Positions 26,696 to 38,993 are shown, counted from the stretch's first letter. The stretch: DNA of 64,000 nucleotides from Azolla caroliniana (GCA_043228905.1 JBHGNT010000012.1:7006001-7070000); one strand, 5' to 3'. Translations and numbers: made by a program. Notes: generated from the sequence alone by a model not told the origin.

Positions 26696-29583
26696 GACAT
26701 GAACGGTCCTAGAGAGTTCGGCAGAAGGGGGAGTCATCATGCCGAACCAAGCAATCGTAATACCCCGATCGTATGCGGGTACTGTGGAAAACAAGGCCAC
26801 TATGAAGAGGAGTGCCGGAAAAAGGTACGAGACTCGGCTTAAACGAGCCGACAACTCACGAACTACGCATCGAATTCCGACCACGACGATCGCAGTGGAA
26901 TGTTTACAAATTACGCCACGAATTCTGACTACGGCGACCGTAGCGGAATGTTCATAATGAGGCACGAAGCACACTTGATGTCAGCACAGACCTCAACTAG
27001 CGCCTACGCCGCAAATAACTGTTGGGAGACAGGTCCCTCCGGATGGTGCAGACCCGGTGAGAACCAGATGAGGAGTACCCGGCTACGGAGAGCCGGATGG
27101 TGCAGACCCGGTGAGAAGTACTCACCGGATGAAGAGACATATTCGTAAATATGTTTCTGAGAGTCCATCATGGCTATATTTGTAAATGGCCGAAAAGTCA
27201 TATTAGTATAAATATGACTTAGGGCAAACTTTTAGTTGTGGTTGTTATTCTTGTTGGTGCAAGAAGAAGAGAGAGCGCGTAACAGTGTACAGAGAGAGAG
27301 AGAGAGAGAAAGAGGTTGTTGCCTCTGTTGTAACCGCCGCCTGTGGCGAAGATCATGAGCACGAGGTCATTGCCTCTGTGAACTCACTGTTGTACATTCT
27401 AACATAGTGATAGTTTGCAGCCTGTGGGCTGCCGTGGTTTTTCCCTCACTTTTGGTTTTCCACGTAAACATCCTATGTGCTCTTGTCTCCATTGTGTCGT
27501 GCATTATTTTTCGTTTTCTGTGCATGATTCTAAGCTCGGTTGTGGCCGAGCGTTGTGCATAAGGAGCGTTGAGTTCTTGTCAAGTGGTATCAGAGCGAAA
27601 CGACACAGAAAATGGATGAATCGTTTGGCGGCATGTTCAAGCTCACCGGCTCCAACTATTCAGTGTGGAAGTCGAAGATGAGGGACATGCTCGTGGTTAA
27701 AGACCTCTGGCTGCTGGTTCAGTTCGGGGACAAGAGACCGGACAAAATCTACGCCGCGATATGGAAGGTGATGCACATGAAGACAACGGCGTACATATGG
27801 TGCTTCATCGACATGAGCATGTACAACAACTTCAATGAAGAGAGCAAGGCTCATGAGCTCTGGGAGAAGATCCACATAATGTTTCAAAACAAAAATGCTG
27901 TCAATCAGGTTTCGGTATTCCGGAAGCTAGTAAGACTCCGATACCAAGATGGCTCTAGCATGGCGGAGCACATGAATGCCTTCCAGGGGCTGATTCACCA
28001 GGCAACTTCATTGGAAGTACCTCTCGCCAATGGGGTACTAGCGCTACTCCTGCTCGGTTCCCTCCCGGATAGCTGGAAGACGTTGGTTGTCACTTTGGGC
28101 AACGCCGGGTCGGAAGGAAAACGGTTATCCCTAGCAAGAGTAAAGTCGAGCTTGCTAGATGAGGAGGTGCGTCGGAAGGATAAAGATACAAGCTCCGACT
28201 CCAAAGCGCTCCTTACCGAATCAGAACGCGGAAGACATATAAACCGTAGTCCCCAGAATCGGGAGAAGTCGGGTACACGGTCAAAGTCAAGGGGGAGGCC
28301 CACTTGCTTCTATTGCGGCAAGCCGGGACACTTCCAAAAGAACTGTCGACATTTCCGAAAAGACAAGGAAACCGACGGTACCGATTCGAAGCGGACCCCG
28401 GACCGGAACGGTAAAGACCGGAGGGGGCCGGACCGGAAGGGAACGACGGGAATCGCGGCAAGTGAAGAAGAGTTGATGCTCATCACCGAGGAGAGTGAGA
28501 TAAACCTTGCCGACGACGAGACGACCGGATATAGGATACGCAATCGGAGTGGTGAGCCAGTTTATGAGCACTCCCGGCAAGGAGCACTGGAACGCGGTCA
28601 AATGGATACTCCGGTATTTGAAGGGCACTTCAAATATGTGTCTCCGATTCGGCTCCGGAAAACCTCAACTTGACGGTTTCACCGATTCGGACATGTCGGC
28701 TGATGTGGACACCAGCCGGTCTACATCTGGGTATGTAATGACATATGCAGGGGGAGCTGTTTCGTGGCAGTCGAGGCTGCAGAAGATGGTTGCATTGTCA
28801 ACCAGGGAGGCGGAGTACATGGAAGCTATGGAAGCCGGCAAGGAAATATTATGGATGAAGGACTTCATCGGAGAGCTCGGTATCTGGCAAGATGAATACC
28901 GGCTCTATTGTGACAGTCAAAGTGCCATCCATCTTGCTAGGAATGCGGCCTACCATTCCCGGACGAAGGATATCCAACGAAGATATCACTGGATCCGGGA
29001 AAGAGTAGATGACTAGGAGTTCGTAGTGACGAAGATCCACACGGCCGAGAACGGGTCAGATATGTTGACCAAAGTGCTGATACCCGACAAGCTGGATGCA
29101 TGCCGGAAGAGGATGAGACTATTAAGACACCCCATGCCAGAGTGAAGGGGGAGTTTGTTGGGAGACAGGTCCCTCTGGATGGTGCAGACCCAGTGAGAAC
29201 CGGTGTCGTGAAGAAAACCGTCCACAAGCGGAATCGGTGCACCGGAGCGTAGAAACCGACTCTTCATGCACGGGCGCCTTATGTTGTATATAGGAGCGGG
29301 TCGGGGAATAACCGGGTGGAGCGATCCGGTCGAGGAGAAGACGGGCTTCGTAGAAGCCGCCTGCCAGAACTACGAGGCTCTGGTAGAAGACAAACGAGTG
29401 GGGAAAGCCGTAGCGGCCGGGCCTTCACAACGGTACGAGACCCGATTCGGGCAACGACGGAACGATGCTGGCGGGCCCAGCTCGCATGATAACCCCAAGA
29501 AGGGTGGATACTGACTGGGGACGGAAATAGAAAGGACTACGGACCTACGGAAGGTCCTAGAGGAACGGATCCTCGACAGCAAG

Positions 29584-30228
29584 GTGGAGCTGTCATTGCA
29601 GGAGGTGCTAGGGATCGCCAAGGAGTTCCACGACTCCATTGTAGACTTGGTGAAACGGAAGAGGCTGTCGACGGAGACGGATCCGGAAAGACCGGTAGAG
29701 GTGCGGACGACGCACATCGACGACTCGGCGCTGGTAGATGAGTGGGCGGAGAGCCACTATTCGAGGCCACACTGGGCCCGAGCGACCACGGAGACCCCGG
29801 TAAAGACCGGAGATGTTCGGGAACCGGTGGTGGCGTTGGTGGACCACGGTTCGGAAATAAACCCGATGTCCATGGACTTCTATAAGAAGGGGAAGTGGCC
29901 GATCAACACCAAGCACGGGTGGAAGATACGGGCGGCGACGCGCGCCACCGAGGAACTGCATGGGGCCTGCCCGAACGTGCGAGTCAAGATCGGCGACGTC
30001 GAGATTGACCAACACTTCTTCGTTCAGGAGACGTCTTCGCACCCGGTCATATTAGGTGAACCATACATCACGGCGGCGCGAATGGAGACCAAGGTGCTAG
30101 ACAATGGTTCGGCCTACGCAAGGGTCAAAAGCCAGGACAGGCGTCATTCGGTCCAATTTCTGACCGTGAGACCGAACCACGAGCGGAACCGCGAATCCCT
30201 CGGTGGCGAGAACCGGGAGGATTTTTAG
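29584..30228 (+). CDS. F gag C-terminus plus aspartic protease
   Basis: ALVDHGSEIN catalytic motif and HPVILGEPY. Confidence 0.85.
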   Translation: MELSLQEVLGIAKEFHDSIVDLVKRKRLSTETDPERPVEVRTTHIDDSALVDEWAESHYSRPHWARATTETPVKTGDVREPVVALVDHGSEINPMSMDFYKKGKWPINTKHGWKIRAATRATEELHGACPNVRVKIGDVEIDQHFFVQETSSHPVILGEPYITAARMETKVLDNGSAYARVKSQDRRHSVQFLTVRPNHERNRESLGGENREDF

Positions 30229-33200
30229 AGAGGGCTGCCAAGGCGTGGGGCCGAGACAGTCCGGACACTCGGGAAAGACCCCACAACTGTACGATAGAAC
30301 CGAAACCGAAGAAACCTTGTACGATAGGTAGAAAATTCTGCTTCTCCGGCAACGGAGGGTGTATGATAGTCGGCATCGTTGGGCGAGAAAAGACAAGGGC
30401 GGAAGTGCGACTTCGAGCGTGTGGAGTTCTCGGCCCGGACGAGGAAATCAGCGGAGTCGTGGAGGCGGTGTCCTTCGACGACACCTTGGGGATGCTGAGG
30501 AAGGTTGCCGGAGAAGACCTTAACGAAGACCGGACGATACCGGTATGTTCCGAAGAGATGTACGAAGTCATCGCGAACTTCAGTCGGGGGCTCGGGTCGG
30601 ATCGGACGGCCCGAGTTAGCACAAAGTACAAGGCTGTGGACCGGAAGGTAAGGCCAGTCGCGGCACCCTTACCGGAGGGCAGCGAGTCCCGGATCAGAGG
30701 GGTTGCGTCGGACCCCAGTTTACGAGATCCGGCCTGCATAGGACACACCTTCACCGACGGGACGCTCCGGGAGCTCAAAATCGGTGGGGGCGGGTTCCTA
30801 CTGCCGGCGGAGGAAGACCGGTTTCGGAGGATGCTCGGAAGGCACGGGAAAGCCTTCGCATTCTCACTGGAAGAGATCGGGTGCGTAGACCCGACGATCG
30901 TGGAGCCGATGGTGATATTCACGGTACCGCATGTGCCGTGGAATCTCAAGCCGATTCTGGTACCGAGAGCTCACATCCCGAAGTTGATGGAGCTATTGAG
31001 GCAGAAAGTAGATATGGGCATTCTCGAACCGTCAAGTGCCCCATACTCGAACCGATGGTTTATCGTACCAAAGAAAAACGGAACGATGCGCTTCATTCAA
31101 GACCTGCAGCCGGTCAACACAGTGACCATTCGGAACGCAGGAATCGGACCGACCATAGACGAGTTCGCGGAGGCCTTTGCCGGAAGGTCGATTTACTCGG
31201 TCGGTGATCTGTACTCGGGGTACGACCAGTTCCAGCTAGCCGTGGAGAGCAGAGACATTACGACGATGCGAACTCCCCTCGGCCTAGTGCAAATGTGTAC
31301 CCTGCCACAAGGAGGGACCAACTCGGTGGCCCACATGGTGAATGCAATGAACAAGGTACTGAGGGATTGCATCCCGGACATCACCATGCCGTTTCTAGAC
31401 GACATCCCTATCAAAGGGTGCCCGGTGGAAGAGAAGGACGAGACAGTCGGGCCGGACGGATGCCGGCGATTCGTGGCGACACACATCGACGACTGCGAGA
31501 AGGTGCTACAAAGGCTAGAGGATGCGAGGCTCACCTTCTCCGGGGAGAAATCGGCCTTCGGGCAATCTGAAATCTTGGTGGTCGGACACCTATGTGGACC
31601 CTATGGCCGGAAGCCGTCTCCGGCAAAGGTAGAAGCCATCTCCACGATGAAGACCGATTGTAGCTCGGTTACGGAAGTTCGGAGGTTCCTGGGGGCATGC
31701 GCGTTCTACCACATATGGATCCCGCATTACGCCCACGTGGCGGAGCCTCTATACGGGTTGCTGAAGAAAGGGAGAAAATTCGAGTGGCGAGACGAGCACA
31801 CGGAGTCGGTCCGGAAGCTGAAGGAAACTCTTGCAGCAACACCGGCGCTCCGGAAGGCTGTCTACGAGAAAGGTACCCCAGTATACATAACAGTGGATAC
31901 GAGTCCGACCGGGATCGGGTGGGTCGTCAACCAAGAAGACGAGGACGGCATTTGGTTCCCGATCCGATTCGGCGCGAAGGTTCTCAGTGAACGACAGCGA
32001 GGGTACGCCCAGGTTAAACGCGAACTCTGGGGTATCGTTTCGGCAGTAAAGGCCGACAAAGACTACTTGATCGGGACAGAAGTGGTTATCGAGACGGATT
32101 GCCTGCCGATTCTCGGCATGGTTTCCGGATGCGCGACACCGGACCTGGCGATGCTCAGGTGGATAGCATACATCAAGTCCCTGGACCCGGAAATACGACA
32201 CATTTCCGGAAAGGACAACGCCATGGCCGACATGCTTTCGAGGGCGAGGTTTGATGACGAGGGCGGCATGGTTTCGGAGGACGAAGAAGTCGGCGTGGAC
32301 TTCTTCGAGGCGGCGTACGTGACGACCGACGGGGCGAGCACTCCGGCACTTAACGGCTTCGACGAGAGCAAGTACGACGGCGAGTGGCTACAGATCGGTG
32401 GATTTTTGAGGACAATGACGCCGGATGCGTCATGGACGAAGGACGAGGCCAACCGGATCCGGAAGAAAGCATACCGATTCTTTCTCCAGGACGGATACTT
32501 ATGGAAGCACCCGAAGAAGAGGAACGACGTCCCGCTCCGGGTGGTGGCGATGAACGAAGAACAGGAGGAGCTGCTGACGGCCTACCACGACAGCCCTTGG
32601 GCTGGACACCGTGGAATGTGGTCCACGTTCGAGAAGATAAAGGGGAAGTACTGGTGGCCGGGACTGTACCGAGACGTGCATCGGTTCGTGACAACTTGCG
32701 AGAGCTGTCAGATGCACTCCATAGTCCGACATCGGGACGAGCTTCACCCTACGTACCCTCCGACCATCCAGTTCAAATGGATGGTAGATCTGGTGACGAT
32801 GCTGATGGGAGTAGGACAGATGCGGTATCTGGTCCTGGCTCGGGAAGATCTGACGAACCAGGTAGAAGGCCGAGCCCTTCAGAACAAATCAACCGCGGCC
32901 GTGTGTCGGTTCCTGATAGAGGACGTGATATGCCGGTACGGGTGCGTCGGGAAGATCGTGGCTGATCGCGGGGAGTTGGACGCCGAAGAGGCCGAGGAGC
33001 TGTTAGACCGGCTAGGAGTCAAGCTCTCGCTTACCACTGCATACAATCCGGAGGCGAATGGGAAGGTGGAGCACGGACACGGACCGATCGTCAAGGCGTT
33101 GGTTCGGGCATGCGGAGGTCAAGTCGGGAACTGGCCGCGGCTGTTGCCTTACGCGTTGTGGGCGGACCGAACTACGCACAGTTCGGTAACCGGATTCATG

Positions 33201-33722
33201 CCGGCAGAGCTGATGTTTGGGCAGAAGCCGATCATGCCGATGGAACGTACGATCTCCTCATGGGCAACCGTGGACTGGAGAGACGAGATGAACCGGGAGG
33301 AACTGTTGGCGGCGCGCATACGACAGCTCGAGCGAAGACCGGAGGACGTGGAGCAGGCCGCGGGAAAGCTTCGAGTGGCAAGGACGAGGAACAAAGCCCG
33401 GTTCGACCGAACGCACCGGCTCCGACCGAAGAGGATCGAGGAAGGCGACTGGGTGCTAGTCTACGACAACAACCTCGACAACTAGCACCGAGCGACACGG
33501 AAGTTCGCAAGAAGGTGGTTCGGGCCTTACGTGGTACAAAGCGCCAACGACAACGGGACGTACCATCTGGTGGAACTCGACGGTACGAGAATGGCGATAC
33601 CTGTAGCTGGGAAGCGGATCAAAGCATTCAAGAAGCGTCACGACGACGAGCTGGATCCGGTTGACTTGGACCGCGACGACGAGCGATCCGAAACCGAGGA
33701 AGAACCGACAGGCGGAGAATGA
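30219..33722 (+). CDS. F RT-RNase H-integrase, probably reached by -1 frameshift, with a premature TAG at 33483
   Basis: Motifs DLYSGYDQ, LPQGGTNS, FLDDI, TVDTSPTG, ETDC, H-x6-GH...CESC and YNPEANGKVE. The frame is open from 30219 into the 1040-aa ORF. Confidence 0.9.
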
Positions 33723-36634
33723 AGGCTGGACTGGTTTTCTCTGTCCCAACACAATTTGGCGCATGCCAGTGGATGCGCGGTTAGGTGGGGGCGGATGTCG
33801 TGAAGAAAACCGTCCACAAGCGGAATCGGTGCACCGGAGCGTAGAAACTGACTCTTCATGCACGAGCGCCTTATGTTGTATATAGGAGATCCTAGGAAGA
33901 TTCGGTAGGTAGGAAGTAAAGGGGAAACGGCTCCTTCCTTGCCTAGAAAAGGTGGGAGACAACGAGGGGCGAAGGATCGCGGAGAGTCGAGGACGAAGTG
34001 CTGTCGGTTTGCGTGCGAAGGCTTCTCTCTCTCTCTCTCTGGTTTGCAAACGCCATAGCTTCCTTCTGTGCAGGTTTCGGGAGGCTCGCGCTGCTTTGAG
34101 GAATGCCCGAGTGCTTCCGGCAGCACTTCCAACCTACTCCTTCCTCTCTGTGCGTTTACGAGCAGGTATCGGCATCTGTTCGCCGGCCTGTTCGGTTGTA
34201 ACCGACTTCGTGTTTTGTTGTCTTCGTGTTCTTGTTGTTTGTCTTTGTCAATACATACATACATTCGTGTCTTTCTGTGTCGCTGTCCCACTTGCGTCTT
34301 TGCGTCGAAGGGCCGTGTCCCTGTGGATCTACGCTCGCACGTAGAGGGATTCTTCCCCTCCTCTCTTGCCCTTTGGTACAGGACCCCCGAGGTTCCGTCT
34401 CATTCCACGCATCCGCGAGGAATACCTCGACACCGGATGAGGAGCACCCGGCTACGGAGAGCCGGATGGTGCAGACCCGGTGAGAACCGGATGAGGAGTA
34501 GCCGGCTATGGAGAGCCGGATGGTGCAGACCCGGTGAGGAATGCTCACCAAATGAAGAGACATATTTGTAAATATGTTTCTGAGAGTCCATCGAGGCTAT
34601 ATTTGTAAATAGCCGAAAAGTCATATTAGTATAAATATGACTTAGGGCAACTTTTAGTAGGGGTTGTTGTCGTTCTTGTTGGTGAAAGGAGAGAGAGAGT
34701 GTGTAACTGTGTATAGAGAGAGAGAGAGAGAAAGAGGTCGTTGCCTCTGTTGTAACCGCCGCCTGTGGCGAAGATCGTGAGCACGAGGTCGTTGCCTCTG
34801 TGAACTCACTGTTGTACATTCTAACATAGTGATAGTTTGCAGCCTATGGGCTGCCGTGGTTTTTCCCTCAATTTGAGTTTTCCACGTAAACATCCTGTGT
34901 GGTCTTGTCTCCATTTTGTCGTGCATTATTTTTCGTTTTCTTTGCATGATTCTAAGCTCGGTTGTGGCCGAGCGTTGTGCATAAGGAGCGTTGAGTTCTC
35001 GTCAATAACGTATGGTTTGTTGACTCGGGAGCATCCAACCACATGACGTCTCATGAAGAATGGTTTCGGGAATTATGAAAACCCGAACGACCCGGATATG
35101 TCGAGACAGGCGATGACACAACTCATCCAATACAACATATCGGGAACTTCCCATTTGGAAACAATGGCAACCAAACCTATCTCAAGAACATACTGCATGT
35201 CCCTACCATCACGAAAAACCTAGTTTCGGTCGGCCAGATTGTCGAACAAGGAATGCAGGTACGATTCAACGACGTATGCTTCATCGAAAGGGGTAGACAA
35301 GTCGTAGCCCACGGTCGACGAGAAGGCCATATGTTTATCCTTGAATCGAACAAGGTAAGGTCAACCATGTTCGCAAAGGGCCCTAAAGTCGAAACCGACA
35401 TAAATCTGTGGCAGAAGAGAATCGACCACATCAATTTCCAAAAGCTCCAGAACATGCAATCGAAAGGCGTCGTAATCGGACTCCTGAATTTTACGGCGAA
35501 GCAGGTTATGGGTGTATGCGAAGCATGCCAATTCGGAAAGCAACACCATCACCCATTCCCAAAGAAGCGGAATGTGAGCAAAGGAATCCTGAATGTCATA
35601 CATTCAGATGTATGGGGACCAGCCTACATAGCCACATTCGGCGGTTGCCGATACTATGTAACGTTCATCGATGACTTCTCTAGGAACACCCAGATCTACC
35701 CGATGAAACAAAAGAGCGAAGTGTTCGGATACTTCCAGAGATTCAAAGCTGAAGTTGAAAAAGCTACGGGTCAGCATGTACGCTACCTTCGATCGGATGG
35801 AGGCAAAGAATACTTCTCGGCCGAGTTTACGGCATATCTCCAAAACGAACGAATCCGACGAGAATTCTCATGCCGTCACACACATCAGTAGAACGGTGTA
35901 GCAGAGCATAAAAATCGGCACATAGTAGAATTCACACGGGCTATGATGAATGAGAAGAACCTGCCCAAATCGTACTGAGCAGAAACTACGAACACGGCTG
36001 TATACCTCATGAATAGGTGCACAACCTCGGGAGTACACGACATAACTCCTCATGAGCAGTTCTTTGGAAAGAAGCCGAACTTATCACATGCAATGCATGA
36101 GCACCAAATGGCAATCATGCATTGCATGGATCTCATACATTGTATGCATGTCTTACACCCTCACATCCATCATATGCATGGGGGCATCTATATAAGAAAG
36201 AAAGAAGGGAGGGATCAATCAATCGATGAATCCGTCAAGTTATGTATCAAATAAAAAATTAATAATAATAAAAAACCTAGTTATCTTATTGGTGATGTGC
36301 CTTGTTTTTCTAAATTGAAGTCAAGGGTTCAAACCTAGAATTGGAATTTCAGTACGTCTATCTATTTATCTATCTTAAACACTTCCTCAATTTTTGTTTC
36401 TCTCTCACTCTCACTCTCAACCACATTAGTGCCTCACTTCAACTGCCTACACGTCAATCCACCGCACCATTGAGTTGTGTTCGGGTGCATCTTCAACAAC
36501 AAAGAACAACCCGACAATAAACCTAAAACGGCTAATTCATCTCCTCCATAACCACTAGTAGATAGAGTCTCGGTGCTTGTGACGCACACATTGCGACGTT
36601 TGGCACGTGTGTCACGCGCGACACGACATCACTT

Positions 36635-36652
36635 TGGTGAACCCGATGTGAA
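36635..36652 (+). promoter_or_regulatory. Primer-binding site complementary to the 3' end of tRNA-Trp
   Basis: It matches the reverse complement of plant tRNA-Trp (...TTCACGTCGGGTTCACCA, from memory) with one C>T mismatch, 6 nt after the LTR. Confidence 0.8.
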
Positions 36653-36667
36653 CAACACAAGGTGGTA

Positions 36668-38026
36668 ATGGGGGCATCGCGAATGGTGGATGTGATCTTG
36701 GATGCATACGACTTAGAGGAGTCGATAAGAATAGAACGTGGTCTAGGGCTCATGTTGCTTCCATTTGTAAGGAAGGCCATCGAAATGATGTTGCACGATG
36801 ATAAGGATAGAGCGTTGGAGTATCTCAAGTTGGCAAGGCAAGTCGAAAGACTATATCAAGAAGTTCCGGATTGGTACGAAGCGGTTCTGACATCAAGATT
36901 CGGGCCTCAACCTTTTCATGGTTTGCTCGACAGTGACGACGATGAAGATGATCGAGATCGGCGTAGTTGCGGTGGTGAAGAGACATGTGACGAAGAACAA
37001 GGCTTTGAAGAGAGATATCGAGATCAACATGCCTATGGTCGTTACGAGGATCATTGCAAGCTCGACAAAAAAGAAACATGTGACGAAGAACGCGATCTTG
37101 AAGGGAGGGATTGTGATCGACATGTCTATGGTCATCATGAAGATCATTGCAAACTCAAGACAAGAGAGAGATGCATCAAAGAAGGATGCAATCGTGAAGA
37201 GATATGTGATGAAGAACGTGGGCTCAAGAGGGAAGATCAAGAAGGATGCGATAATAAAGAGACATGGAATGAAGAACATGCCTTTGAGGGAAAAGTCCAA
37301 GATACTCAAGGATGCAGTCATGAAGAGACATGTGACAAAGAATGTGGGCTTGAGGAGACAGATCAAGATCTACACGGTTATGACAAAGACAAAGATCATT
37401 ACAAACTCACAAAGAGTGCTCGAGATCTACAAGGTTATGATCATAACAAAGATTACTGTAAACACAAGAGGAGGAATAAATGTCGAGCTCTTCATGGTTG
37501 TGCTAATGAAAAAGCACTCGACGAAAGTCGTGATGGTGAGTGTAGTTGGGATCAAGACTCTCATGGTTTAAATTTTGATGACAAGAATGATAGGTTTAAT
37601 GAGAGCCACGAACAAGAGAAGAAGTTGCAAAGAGACGAAAACTTTACATTTAAACGTAATGACGGTGATGATAATAACGATACACATGATTTAAGGTTTA
37701 ATGATAGTAAGAGAGAGTGTATTATTGATGGTGAGAGTGAGTTCCATGAGAAGAATGAGGGTTATGATGATAAAAGGTTGTGCACTTTCTGTGGATATGG
37801 TTATGATAAGAGTAATGATGAGGGTGAGAGTGACGAACGGGAATTTTGTGTTTTAGGTTGCCTTGGTTTTCTTCGTGATAGATTTTATAAGGGTTTCACT
37901 AAATCAAATGGTGACATTCATGAGGACATCCATTATGAAAATGGAAAGGGGTTTTGCGATGATGAGGATGTTCTACAAAAATATGTCCATGATGATGTGG
38001 GGTTACATAATGACACAAGGGTATGA
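36668..38026 (+). CDS. Acidic, Cys/His-containing repeat protein of unknown function in element D
   Basis: Uninterrupted ~452-454-aa ORF starting just after the PBS, with repeated (E/K)ETCDEE...H-x-YG...DHCKL motifs. Confidence 0.55.
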   Translation: MGASRMVDVILDAYDLEESIRIERGLGLMLLPFVRKAIEMMLHDDKDRALEYLKLARQVERLYQEVPDWYEAVLTSRFGPQPFHGLLDSDDDEDDRDRRSCGGEETCDEEQGFEERYRDQHAYGRYEDHCKLDKKETCDEERDLEGRDCDRHVYGHHEDHCKLKTRERCIKEGCNREEICDEERGLKREDQEGCDNKETWNEEHAFEGKVQDTQGCSHEETCDKECGLEETDQDLHGYDKDKDHYKLTKSARDLQGYDHNKDYCKHKRRNKCRALHGCANEKALDESRDGECSWDQDSHGLNFDDKNDRFNESHEQEKKLQRDENFTFKRNDGDDNNDTHDLRFNDSKRECIIDGESEFHEKNEGYDDKRLCTFCGYGYDKSNDEGESDEREFCVLGCLGFLRDRFYKGFTKSNGDIHEDIHYENGKGFCDDEDVLQKYVHDDVGLHNDTRV

Positions 38027-38993
38027 GTAAGGAAAATCTAGAAAATGTTATTTGGAATGTGTATAATGATAATGTTGGTGTTGCGAGTGTGTGCGGGAAG
38101 GATGAGTTTAGGGTAGATAACATTGAATATGATGGTTATCAGTGATAAATGATTCAGTGATTAAAGATGTTGTTAGCTCAAAGGATTACTATAATGATGA
38201 TGTAAGTATAATGAACATTGAGGTTGTTATTGAAGAAGATGATGTTATGGTAAAATGGATGGTTATTACTTATAAAGAAGAAAGAAAATAAGTGATTGTG
38301 AGTACTACCCATAGGAAGGAAGGGAAAGATGCATCGAAATGGTGGGATGTCTAACTAAACAAAGGAGGTTGTATTGCCAACATTTCCATCTCCAATCTCA
38401 AAGAAAAAGATTGGCTAATTAGAAGAAGCACCCGGTTTTTAGATTTGGTTCAACAAGACACATCGACTACATCTCAAGAATATCGAAGAGAGAGGTCGGG
38501 TATTGATCTACGACAACAGCCTTGTCAAACCGACAACAAGACCGTTCGCAAGAAGGTGGTTTGGATCGTATGTGGAGCTAGAAGGATCAAGGCTGGCCAT
38601 ACCCATTGTAGGGAAAAAGAATAAAGATCTTCAAGAAAAGACAAGGTGAGGATCCCAAACTCGATGATCTCAACAATGAAGTTAGTAAAGCGGAACCCAC
38701 AAACATGAACGAGGTCAACGAGGACGTGGAGGAATCTCACACCGTAGCCTAAATCTCACATTCTCTTCTTGGCACATACCTGAGGACATGTGGTTTGGTG
38801 GGGATGGATGTCGTGAAGATTTTCGGCAACGGTGTGAAAATCGCGTGGAACGGAGAAAATCGAGAAGGTGCAATGTGCACACGAATGAATGGGGCGATGG
38901 TTACACTCGTACGTTAGCATGTTGTAAATATAAATGAAATGAGTACCCCTAAGGCCTAGTAGCATTTTCATGCATACCAAGGGGTGCAAGTAA

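Larger units (their letters stand above)
29204..34432 (+). mobile_element. Element F: non-chromovirus Ty3/Gypsy (possibly Phygy-like) with most of the 5' LTR and gag deleted
   Basis: Termini TGTCGTG...CTCGACA with a 4-bp TSD CCGG (29200-29203, 34433-34436). 5' LTR remnant 29204-~29295, 3' LTR 33796-34432. PPT GGTGGGGGCGGA. Domain order PR-RT-RH-INT with no chromodomain. Confidence 0.92.
27020..35004 (+). mobile_element. Element B2: internally deleted B-family Copia whose 3' LTR is split by element F
   Basis: TSD ATAAC at 27015-27019 and 35005-35009. 5' LTR 27020-27582, PBS-Met 27585-27596, gag from 27612. About 2.5 kb (PR-INT-most of RT) is missing at 28526. The 3' LTR is 29156-29203 plus 34433-35004. 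Confidence 0.95.

Noticed and set aside
30097-34049. Long antisense and alternate-frame ORFs over element F (and similarly over B1, B3 and H)
   Set aside because: They are shadows of GC-rich pol coding sequence with no independent motifs.
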